NCBI GenBank assembly: GCA_963664825.1
Contig: OY761614.1
Location: forward strand, 3,360,001 to 3,424,000
Reading direction: 5' to 3'
Source: an uncultured Holophaga sp.
Lineage (GTDB): Bacteria > Acidobacteriota > Holophagae > Holophagales > Holophagaceae
Length of the DNA: 64,000 bases
In this document: piece after piece, positions 1 to 9,000 of the stretch
How the letters are laid out: each line of letters opens with the position of its first letter
Position numbering within the stretch: the first letter of the stretch is position 1
Translations under genes and position numbers: made by a program
Notes under the pieces: model-generated
What the model was told of the DNA's origin: nothing
The model's input: only the letters and a program-made list of their open reading frames with translations
The model's database searches: none

Positions 1-16
1 CGTCCGAAGGCTAGCC

Positions 17-1321
17 TCACCAGGGATCCTGGACGCCGCGCCGAGCCTCAGCATGCCGCAGCGCCCGCAATCCGATATCCCTTCTGAACTGCATGTGCGG
101 CCAAACCACTTCGTCGAGATCCGCTGCCACCCTTTCCCGAGCCGCAGCCAGATCAGGTGCCAGGGCTGTGAGATTAAGCACACGCCCCCCGTTCGTGGTC
201 CAGCCCCCTTGCACCTTCCGGGTGCCGGCATGGATGACCGTACCGTGCGGGGCGCGAATCTCAATGGGCACGCCTTTCTTAGCGCCCTCGGGATAGTCCT
301 CCGCCGCCAGGACCACCGTGATGGCGCAGCCCTCCTGGATGCGCAGCGAGGTGTGCGAGAGCCGCCCCTCGGCCACTTCCAGCAGCAGCAGGGCCAGATC
401 CTCGTCCAGCAACTGCAGGAGCACTTGGGTCTCGGGATCGCCAAAGCGCACGTTGTATTCCAGGAGTTTGGGACCGGAAGCGGTCCACATCACACCCAGG
501 AAGAAGACACCCCTGGCGCTGAGCCCCTCCTGCTGGCAGCCCCGCAGGGTGGGTTCCACCAACTCCAGTCGGAGACGTTCCAGATCCTCGGCCCGCAGGA
601 AGGGGATGGGACCGAAGGCACCCATGCCACCGGTATTGGGGCCCTGGTCGCCTTCGAAGATGCGCTTGTGGTCCTGACAGGGCGGCAGGATCGCATAGCG
701 GAGGTGATCGGCCTCCACATCCACCAGCACATGCAGACTGAGTTCCATACCAACGAGGGGTTCCTCCAAGACCACCGTCTGGGAAGCCTCGCCGAAGGCC
801 CCGGCCAGGAAGGAACCCAGCGTCTCCAGGGCCTCGGCCTCGCTATGGGCGAGCACAACGCCCTTGCCTGCCGCCAGGCCATCGGCCTTGAGCACGATGG
901 GGTAGCCCAGATTCCAGGTGCGGATGGCGGCTTCGGCCGCGTCGAGGTCCGTATAGGTGCCGCTGGCCGCGCAGGGAATCCCGTGGCGATGCATGAAGTC
1001 CTTGGCGAAGGCCTTGGAACCCTCCAGGCGCGCCGTGGCCGCGCCATGGCCGAAGACGGGAATGCCCAGGGCGCCGATGCGATCGGCGAGGCCCAGCACC
1101 AAGGGGACCTCCGGGCCAATCACCACCAGATCCGGGCGGGCGCTCGCACACCAATCCCCGATCCCGGCCACATCCTCGCTCCCGAGGGGGAGGCAGATCC
1201 CCACTTCGCCGATGGCATCACTGCCGGGAGCGGCGAAGAGTTCGACAGGCGTTCGCCCTGTCTTGAGCTTCAGGGCCAGGGCGTGTTCCCGACCCCCGGA
1301 ACCCACGAGCAGGATCTTCAT
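17..1321 (-). CDS. purD: Phosphoribosylamine--glycine ligase
   Basis: MKILLVGSGGREHAL N-terminus; motifs LEGSKAFAK, KADGLAAGKGV, QDHKRIFEGDQGPNTGGMGA, EYNVRFGDPE; GGAGG RBS upstream. Confidence 0.97.
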   Translation of the reverse strand: MKILLVGSGGREHALALKLKTGRTPVELFAAPGSDAIGEVGICLPLGSEDVAGIGDWCASARPDLVVIGPEVPLVLGLADRIGALGIPVFGHGAATARLEGSKAFAKDFMHRHGIPCAASGTYTDLDAAEAAIRTWNLGYPIVLKADGLAAGKGVVLAHSEAEALETLGSFLAGAFGEASQTVVLEEPLVGMELSLHVLVDVEADHLRYAILPPCQDHKRIFEGDQGPNTGGMGAFGPIPFLRAEDLERLRLELVEPTLRGCQQEGLSARGVFFLGVMWTASGPKLLEYNVRFGDPETQVLLQLLDEDLALLLLEVAEGRLSHTSLRIQEGCAITVVLAAEDYPEGAKKGVPIEIRAPHGTVIHAGTRKVQGGWTTNGGRVLNLTALAPDLAAARERVAADLDEVVWPHMQFRRDIGLRALRHAEARRGVQDPW

Positions 1322-1573
1322 GTGGAACCTCCAGTCTCAAGTATCCACGAGGAGGGCCTTGGCAGGGGTCTCTTCCGCCCTGCCCCATCCCCCCGGCCCC
1401 TGCCCCCGGTTCGGGTTCGGCTCGCCCCCCTTCCCTGGCCCGATGGCCCTGAATCCCCATCCTTCCTCCGTCATCCCGGGCGATCCTCCCATATGGGCCC
1501 ACCGATCTCCGGGATTGCTTTCCCCTACGGCCGGGCCTTCAGGGCCTTTCCGGATCTTTCAGAAGGAGGCCAT

Positions 1574-2143
1574 ATGTTCACCCTCTCCCAGACCCTCGGC
1601 GCGGTGGCGCTGGCCCTCACGGGCCTCGGCCTCCAGGCCGAAGACTTCTCCTCCCTGATGCAGGTGACCGGTACCACCTGGCCGGAGAAGACCCATCTCG
1701 GCGTCATCTGTGACTACGCCAATAGTCGGGCCCAGGTGGAAGACCTCGCCCGAGCCGCCGGCGGAGCTTCGAGGATCACGGTGGTCGATATCCGCCAATC
1801 CGAAAAGGCCTCCCTCGGCGCCCAGATCCTGGCCAATCACCGGGCCGATTTCCTCGTGTTGCTGCCCAAGGACCGGTTCTGCTACGACGGTTCCTTCTGC
1901 GCCACCCTGGCGATCTCCCGTCTATCCATGCGGGGCATTCCAGCAATCGGCACAACGCCCAAAGCCCTGAACCAGGGCGCCGTATTCAGCCTGGGTGATG
2001 GCACGAAGGGGGAACTCCTCGTGACGAACCGTCTCCACGGCACGCTGGATGTCATCCTGCCCGTCGGGATCAGCTACAGCCGGAAGGCCAGCCTGCCTCT
2101 CTCGGGAGGCATGGCCACGATCACACTGTTCAGCGCGAAATGA
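1574..2143 (+). CDS. Secreted/periplasmic hypothetical protein (weak resemblance to half of an ABC substrate-binding fold)
   Basis: AAGGAGG RBS before ATG 1574; signal-peptide-like MFTLSQTLGAVALALTGLGLQA. The upstream part of ORF 53..2143 is antisense to purD and is excluded. Confidence 0.75.
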   Translation: MFTLSQTLGAVALALTGLGLQAEDFSSLMQVTGTTWPEKTHLGVICDYANSRAQVEDLARAAGGASRITVVDIRQSEKASLGAQILANHRADFLVLLPKDRFCYDGSFCATLAISRLSMRGIPAIGTTPKALNQGAVFSLGDGTKGELLVTNRLHGTLDVILPVGISYSRKASLPLSGGMATITLFSAK

Positions 2144-2160
2144 CAGCGGCTGTCACCGCT

Positions 2161-2190
2161 AAGAGCCCCCAGGAAACCGGGGGCTCTTCT
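2161..2190. terminator. Probable bidirectional intrinsic terminator
   Basis: AAGAGCCCCC-AGGAAACC-GGGGGCTCTT hairpin between convergent genes (stops at 2143 and 2195). Confidence 0.75.
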
Positions 2191-2194
2191 GCTG

Positions 2195-2953
2195 CTATAG
2201 CCATTCCCCGAATTGCTCCCGGTAGGTGCGACTCAGGGTCAGCTTGGTGCCATCCCTCATGATCACGAGGTGATCGCCGCTGGTCCAAGGCTGGAGTTCC
2301 TTGATGCAGTCCAAGTTCACGATGGCCGAGCGATGGATGCGACGGAACTGATGGGGGTCCAGCCTAGCCAGCAGGGCGGCCATGGTCTGCCTCAGCAGGA
2401 AGGAGGTGCCCTCCACGTGCAGCCGGACGTAGTTATCCTCGGCCTCGACCCACTGAAGGGCCGTGGTGCGGACCAGGAAATGCCGGTCCCCCTGGCGCAC
2501 GAGGAGGCGGTCCAACCAGGGGCGTTCCTGGCGAATCCCCGACAGGAGAGCATCCAGGTTCTGTTTGGAAGCGCCGTTGGCGGCGGCCATGGCGCACCAG
2601 CGGCGCGCCCGATCCAAGGCCTGCTGAAAACGCTCGGGATCGAAGGGCTTGAGCAGGTAGTCCAGGGCATGCACTTCGAAGGCCTTCAGGGCGTGCTGGT
2701 CGAAGGCCGTCACGAAGAGCGTGGTGGGCATCCGGTCAATGCCCACGGCCTCGATTACGCCAAAACCGTCCAGTTCGGGCATCTGGATATCCAGGAACAC
2801 CAGATCGGGTTTCAGTTCCTCGATGGCCTTCACGGCCTCGAGGCCGTCGCCGCATTCGCCTACCACGTTGAAATCCGCCTCCTTCTCCAGGAGATGGAGG
2901 ATCCGCTGCCTCGCCAAGGACTCGTCATCGACCACCAGGGCCTTGAATGTCAT
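2195..2953 (-). CDS. LytTR-family response regulator
   Basis: REC domain (VVDDE, FLDIQMP, FVTAF, YLLKP) plus LytTR domain (FRRIHRSAIVN, LSRTY). Confidence 0.95.
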   Translation of the reverse strand: MTFKALVVDDESLARQRILHLLEKEADFNVVGECGDGLEAVKAIEELKPDLVFLDIQMPELDGFGVIEAVGIDRMPTTLFVTAFDQHALKAFEVHALDYLLKPFDPERFQQALDRARRWCAMAAANGASKQNLDALLSGIRQERPWLDRLLVRQGDRHFLVRTTALQWVEAEDNYVRLHVEGTSFLLRQTMAALLARLDPHQFRRIHRSAIVNLDCIKELQPWTSGDHLVIMRDGTKLTLSRTYREQFGEWL

Positions 2954-4038
2954 GAGACCTCCAGGTTTTCCAGCGTATCGATGGGGAAGCGAAGCACCAC
3001 CAGGGTGCCCTTCCCCGAGGCCCCCAGGATATCGATGCGCTGCTGGCCCTTGTAGAGGAGGCTCAGGCGGGCCCGGACATTGGAGAGGCCCACGCCCTCC
3101 CGCCCGGCCACAAAGCCCTCGCCATCGTCCTGGACTTCGAGCACCAGGAATTCAGAATCCCTCCGGGCCCGAACGATGAGGGTGCCCCCCTGGGAACGGC
3201 CCGAGAGGCCATGCTTCAGGGCATTCTCCACCAGGGGTTGCAGGATGAAACTCGGCACCCTGGCGCCCATCAGTTCCAGCGGGATCTCCACCCGCACCTG
3301 TAGGCGATCCTGGAAGCGCACCCGCTCGATGGCCAGGTAGGCTTCGATGAAGGCCAGTTCCTTGCGAAGGGGCACGAGCTGGTCCGGTGAAGCCTCCAGC
3401 GTCATCCGGAGGAAATCCCCCAGGCGCCCGATCATGCGATCGGCCCCCTCGGGATCCGAATGGATGAGGGCCGAAACGGAATTCAGGGTATTGAAGAGAA
3501 AGTGGGGTCGCAGCTGCATGCGCAGGGCCAGGTTTTGCGCCTCGGCGAAGCGGGCCTCCAGGCGGGCGGCCTCCACCTCCCGGGCCCGGAACTTGCGATA
3601 GATGCGGTGTCCGTGCAGCGAACCCAGCAGCGCCCACATGAAGATCAGATTGATGTGGAAGTAGTTGCGGTAGAAGTAGGGCATCCGCGCGAAGTAGCCC
3701 AGGGCGTGCCCCTCCTTATCCCATCCCCCTCCGAGGAAGGTCTGGCTGATCAGGTAGGCGAAAAAGAGCCCCAGCGCCGCAACCGCCACGCTGGCTCCCA
3801 GGTGCAGCCCCCAGGTGGGCCATTCCCGCAGCGAGAAGGACTCGATGGGCCGATGATCCGAGAGCTTCACCAGGACGAGTCCGAGCAGGCCCCACACCAG
3901 ATTCTGGAGGGCGTTCAGGACCAGCAGGCGCAGCACCTCCGGGTGCTCGGCCATGGCGATATCCCAGGAGGCCATGTAGAGCGCCAGGAGCGCCCAGGCG
4001 CCCCAGTACCAGATCCATTTCCGATCGCGCTTCGCCAT
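2950..4038 (-). CDS. LytS/YehU-type sensor histidine kinase
   Basis: N-terminal TM helices; QLRPHFLFNTLN, LQPLVENALKHG, DDGEG, GVGLSNV; ATGA overlap with the regulator. Confidence 0.93.
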   Translation of the reverse strand: MAKRDRKWIWYWGAWALLALYMASWDIAMAEHPEVLRLLVLNALQNLVWGLLGLVLVKLSDHRPIESFSLREWPTWGLHLGASVAVAALGLFFAYLISQTFLGGGWDKEGHALGYFARMPYFYRNYFHINLIFMWALLGSLHGHRIYRKFRAREVEAARLEARFAEAQNLALRMQLRPHFLFNTLNSVSALIHSDPEGADRMIGRLGDFLRMTLEASPDQLVPLRKELAFIEAYLAIERVRFQDRLQVRVEIPLELMGARVPSFILQPLVENALKHGLSGRSQGGTLIVRARRDSEFLVLEVQDDGEGFVAGREGVGLSNVRARLSLLYKGQQRIDILGASGKGTLVVLRFPIDTLENLEVS

Positions 4039-4112
4039 ATTCCCAGGCTAGTGATAAACCCGGGGCCCATCCAGGGCCCCGGGGTGAATCGACGGGCGAT
4101 TGGGGCGAAATC

Positions 4113-6089
4113 CTAGCGGATCTCCAGTTCCGCAGCAGCCCCCGAACGGCCGACGAGGCCCTTGGCATCCTCCAGGTGGATGCGGTAATGGACGCGGCCG
4201 CTGACGGGTCGGGGGTCCACCACTTCCAGCTCCTGGAAGGGCCCCTGGACCTCGGTCCAGAGGCGTTCGCCCGGGGCCTTGCGATGCAGGAAGGCGCGGA
4301 AGCCCTCGGGGAGGGCCGTCAGCTTCACCTGTACGTGGCGGAAGGGCGTCTCCACCAAACGGAGCATGGGCACAGGAGGTTCGGGTACAGGCGGCGGGCT
4401 CACGCGGGTCTCGGCGCCCGGGGAGAAGGCGCTGCGCACCCCCTCGGGAGAGACCGACACCAGGCGGTAGCGGTAGGTCTCCCCGGGGTCCACCCAGATA
4501 TCCGTGAATTCCCGGGCAATGGCTGGGAGGGGATCGCCGATCACCAGTTCGAGGCCATAGGAGGCCCTCTCCTTATCCTCGGAGCGCCTCATGGAGCGCA
4601 GCACCAGGAACTGGGCCGTGCGTTCTTCCGGCGCCGAAGGACGGAACCGAAGCAGCACCTTCCCATCGGCCCCCTCCAAACCCTGGAGGATGGGCGGCTG
4701 GGGCGCGCTCTGGTCTTCCCGCACGACACTTACGGCTGCGCAGGGATCACTGGCCAGATTATCGAAGGTGATGGCCGATACGCGGTAGCTGAGGGTGCCG
4801 CTCACGTCATCGGTCAGCAGATCCTCCAGTTTTCCCCCCTGGGCCAGATCCTTGCCCAGGCGCGTCCAGACGCCCTCCCCCTGGCGCCGCTCCACCAGGA
4901 AACCCGCCAGGGGCGTTTCCGGCAATTGCCAGGTGAGGACGTTCCCCAGGGGACTGGCCTTCACCTCGAGCCCCTTAGGCGCTCCGGGACGTTCCTTGGA
5001 GCGCGCGATCACATAGGCACGGGCCCCGGGATCGCCCACATTGCCGTCCGCATCCACCACGCGGAGCCGGTAGTAGTAGGTGGCCCCTCCCCCCACGGAG
5101 CCGTCTCGAAAATTCGTGGTCGCCGGGACCAGGGGCTTGGAGGTGATGAGTTCGAAGGGACCGCTGGGGGTGAGCGAGCGCTCCACCAGGATGCCCGCGC
5201 TGCGAGGCGTCGGACTGGGCTTGAATTCCAGCAGATTGACTCCGGCCTCGGAGCGCACGGAGAGTTCCGTGGGGGGCCGCAGGGTGGCGGGATCCGGGAA
5301 GAATACGCCCACGGCAGCGTCGGGTCCCCGGCGCCCGAATACATCCACGGCCCAGACCCGGTATTCGCTGGCCCGATCGCCGGGAGCCTCGCGGTCCTCG
5401 AAGGCTGGCGTCGCGGGGTTCCAGATCCCCAGGATATTGGGGCGCTGGGTGAGCACCTGATCCCCCCGCTGGATGCGGTAGTCCACGATGGGAATCTCGC
5501 CCCCATCCACAGGAGCCCAGAAGAGTTTCACGGATTCCTTGGCCGCCTCGGCCCGCAGACCGGTGGGCACCTGCGGGAGGGGCGAGATCAGCCCCCCATC
5601 CACCTCCGCGCTCACCAGGCGCGGTCCCACGGCTTTACCTGCACCGTCGAGCCCCACCACCGTATAGGCGCGACGGCCCAAGGGCAGGCCCGCAAGTGCG
5701 CAGCCCAAACCCAGGGCCCGTCCCAGGGCGGGACGGTTCCCCGCCTCCACCAGCGCGTTCAGGGCGAGCATGCGGCGCTTGCCCTCGTCCTTTTCCGCCA
5801 GCATCTCGCCATACAGCTTCCCGGCTTCCAGGGCCTCCTCCGGGGGCAGGGCCTTCAGGGCCTCCGGGTCTCCGGCCTTCAGGGCGGGCACCCACACCTG
5901 GCCCCCCGCATCCAGCACGCGCCAGCCTCCCGCGGGCAACGGCACCTTCATGGGCGGCCAGATCAGCAGGCGCACCCTCCCTTCTCCTTCCGAGACCGCC
6001 AAGAGGGCCCCGTCCGGGGCGACCTTCCGGGAAGGCGCCTGGGCGGCAAGGGCGACACTCAGACCCATCAGTAGCAGTGCGCGCATCAC
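4113..6089 (-). CDS. Secreted fibronectin type III repeat protein
   Basis: Signal peptide MRALLLMGLSVALAAQA; about 5 FN3-like repeats (PTGLRA...LFW, YRVWAVDVFG, YYYRLRVVDADG, YRVSAITFDN, YRYRLVSVSPEG). Confidence 0.85.
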   Translation of the reverse strand: MMRALLLMGLSVALAAQAPSRKVAPDGALLAVSEGEGRVRLLIWPPMKVPLPAGGWRVLDAGGQVWVPALKAGDPEALKALPPEEALEAGKLYGEMLAEKDEGKRRMLALNALVEAGNRPALGRALGLGCALAGLPLGRRAYTVVGLDGAGKAVGPRLVSAEVDGGLISPLPQVPTGLRAEAAKESVKLFWAPVDGGEIPIVDYRIQRGDQVLTQRPNILGIWNPATPAFEDREAPGDRASEYRVWAVDVFGRRGPDAAVGVFFPDPATLRPPTELSVRSEAGVNLLEFKPSPTPRSAGILVERSLTPSGPFELITSKPLVPATTNFRDGSVGGGATYYYRLRVVDADGNVGDPGARAYVIARSKERPGAPKGLEVKASPLGNVLTWQLPETPLAGFLVERRQGEGVWTRLGKDLAQGGKLEDLLTDDVSGTLSYRVSAITFDNLASDPCAAVSVVREDQSAPQPPILQGLEGADGKVLLRFRPSAPEERTAQFLVLRSMRRSEDKERASYGLELVIGDPLPAIAREFTDIWVDPGETYRYRLVSVSPEGVRSAFSPGAETRVSPPPVPEPPVPMLRLVETPFRHVQVKLTALPEGFRAFLHRKAPGERLWTEVQGPFQELEVVDPRPVSGRVHYRIHLEDAKGLVGRSGAAAELEIR

Positions 6090-6093
6090 GACC

Positions 6094-9000
6094 TCACATC
6101 TTCACGGTGAAACAGATATCGCTCAAGGGCCACGGCAGATCCACGCAGCAGGAGGCCGAAAGGGAGATCGGCAGCGCCTCGGCGTGGATATTGGCACCCA
6201 CCCCCGCGCTCACGCAATGCCCGAAGGCGCATACTCCCGCCTCCAGCCCCGCGCCGAAATCGCCGATGATCTTAGGCTGGCGGGTGATCTGGAGCCCCAT
6301 ATCCATCCAGCCCTTGGCGTAGGCCTTCACCCCCACACCGGCTCCCATGTACCAGGTGGAACCGCCCCCCACGGCCAGGCCGACCTCGTTGCCTAGCATC
6401 AGGTAGGCGTTGGAAGAATTGCCCATCAGCCGGCCCACGATGCGCTGGCCATCGCGGTTGCCGGCGTAGATGTGCCAGTTGCCCCCGCCGAAGTGCAGGC
6501 TGCAGGCGGCTGCCTGTTCGCTCTGGCCCAGATCCAGGGCCACCACATCGCCCATGAAACTGAAACCGCCCCAGATGCGCCCATCGAAATTGCCACCGCT
6601 GTATTCCAGACAGCCCCTCAACGGAGCATTGCCCGAAGGGTTGGGCGTCAGCAGCCAGGCGCCGAAATCCATGCGGGCGGCCCCGGAGCTCTTCACCACC
6701 AGTTGACCATCCAGGGTGTAGATGAAGCCATCCGAGGAGCCCAGACGGGCGCCTGCCAGGAAGAGCGTATCGCCCTTGAAGTCGGGTTTGGCGTTGACGA
6801 TGGAGCCGCCATCCTTGAATACATCCAGGCCGAAGTTGTAGGCGAAGCCGCCGCTCAGCCTGAACAGGGAGACGACCTCCGGGTAGATCACGATTCCGCT
6901 GGGCCCCAGGGGCACGTCCACGCGAGTGGCGAAGTAGTCCTTGCCATTTGCGTAGCCCAGCACGAACTGGGCCTTCACCGGCGAGCCGCCGAACATGCTC
7001 AGATCGACCTCGCCGCTGAAGCGGTTGCTGGCCATGGCCGGCGCGCCGCCCGCGGTGGCGCCGGGCTGATAGTTCGTGTTGATCTTGGCCTTCAGGGAAG
7101 GCGATCCCAGAGGGAAGGCCACCTCCGTATTGAAGGGATCCACCTTCACATCCGAGGCCGTGAAGGCGCCGGGCGCACCGGCAGCCTTCAAACCGAAGTT
7201 CATCGTCACCGGCGTGCCCGGAATGACGGGGTTCTCGGAGAGGCGCAGCTTGGCGTTGACCTTCAGGCTGAGGGGGTTTTCCGGGGTGGCGCCGCCCGTG
7301 AGCACGACATTCTGCAGGTCGGCGGGCGTCGGCCCCAGGTAGCTGGCGCGGTTGAGGGTCACGGTGGTGCTTCTGGCCCCGTCATCCCCGAAATACATCA
7401 GACCGTCCAGGCCAAAGCCCACGCGATCCGCATCGAAGATGGCCAGAGGCTTGCCCTCGGCTTTGAGGGAAATGCGCGCCCGGCCCTGCATGACCCAACC
7501 GCCATCCTTGATGGGGATGACCTGAAGGTTCAGCGCGTCCAGAGCCATGGGGCCGCCGGCCAGGGTGGGCCGGGAGGCCGCGTGCAGCTCGTCCAGATCC
7601 AACTTGTAGCCATCGGTGGCCACCAGGGAGGCATTGCCCTTGATGGGATCCTTGAACCAGGGGGAGCGGATCTCGACGTCCTTGTATTTGACGGTGTAGT
7701 TGCCGGTCTGGCCCGTGCCCTCGAAGTGGATCTTGCCCACAGCCATGTGGCCTAGGACGCGGTAATCCGTCTGCCAGGGCCCCACATCCACGGAGCCCTT
7801 CACGCCCAGGCCTTCCAGAGTCCAGTCGGTGGGATGGGGCAAGGGCTTGACCCATTCCCCGCCCTGCTGGATCACGATGGGATTCAGCGTCACCGTGCCC
7901 AGACTCACGCCCACCCACTCGGAAGACTTGCCCCCCTTGGGGTCCACGCCCTCCGTGCCGGAGAGGTCGATGACGATGTTCTCGGCCGAGAAGGCCCAGG
8001 GCGTTGGCCCGAGGCGAGTCGTTTCCAGCTTGAGCCCCTTGGCGATCCAATCGCCTTGGGTCGTGACGGGCGCTTCGGCAACCCATACGGGCTGAGGGCT
8101 TCCCATGGTCATGAGCACCATGCTGGTATCGATGGGGCTCAGGCTGAGGGTGGCCATCAGATCCTGGGGAGCATTCTTGTCGGCAATGGCGCCCCGAACC
8201 CTCTTAAGGGTGCCGAGGACGCCGGGGCCCTTGTAGGCCTGATTGGGCTGGATATCCATGGCCCCCTTGGCCACCGTGACGCCATCCACCTGCCAATCGC
8301 TGAATTTGAGGTCGATCGGAAAGGGCACCAGGGCATCGGAAGCTGTGCCCGCCCGCAGATTGAAGACCAGCAGGCCCTTGCCGCTGGCCCGCTGCATGGG
8401 GCCATCGGGGGTGAGCGTCAGGTTCTTGCCCAGATTGGTGACGGGGAAGATGCCGCCCTTGGTGGGGAAGAAGAGATTGCAGATCACGCCATCCTTGGCA
8501 GCCTTGACCTCATACACCCCCCGGGTCTCCACCCGGTAGGGGGGCTGGAGATGGGTCGGATCCTGCAGAAGGCCGGTGGAGGCCCTTTGGAGGCCCAGAC
8601 TGGACGTCAGATTGGCCACCTGATGGAGGGGCACGTAGGCCACTTGGCCGGGAGCCTGGCTGGGATTGAGCAGGCCCAGGTGCACCTGGGGTTTCCCGGT
8701 CCCTCCCTTCCCGAGGGTATCGACCAGGGTATGGACGAGGCGCGGCGATATGGGCGTCGAAAGGGCATGGCCTGCGGCCAGATGCCCGAGGTTCGTCAGG
8801 TCCTCCGCATCGAGATCGCCGGTCTTTTCCGGAAGCACATAGGCCTCCACCGTGGCGATATGGCGCCCGAGGGAATCCACCGGCAGCGCCGGAGAATTCA
8901 TCACTTCCTCCCCCAAGAGCGGGTTCTGGCAGGTTCTCGCTTCCTCGGCATTGAGTCCGAGGCGCTGGGGGGACATCACTGTCACTTCCCGGGAGCCCAC

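Noticed and set aside
53..1573. N-terminal 507 aa of ORF 53..2143
   Set aside because: Overlaps purD antisense; the RBS and signal peptide point to a start at 1574.
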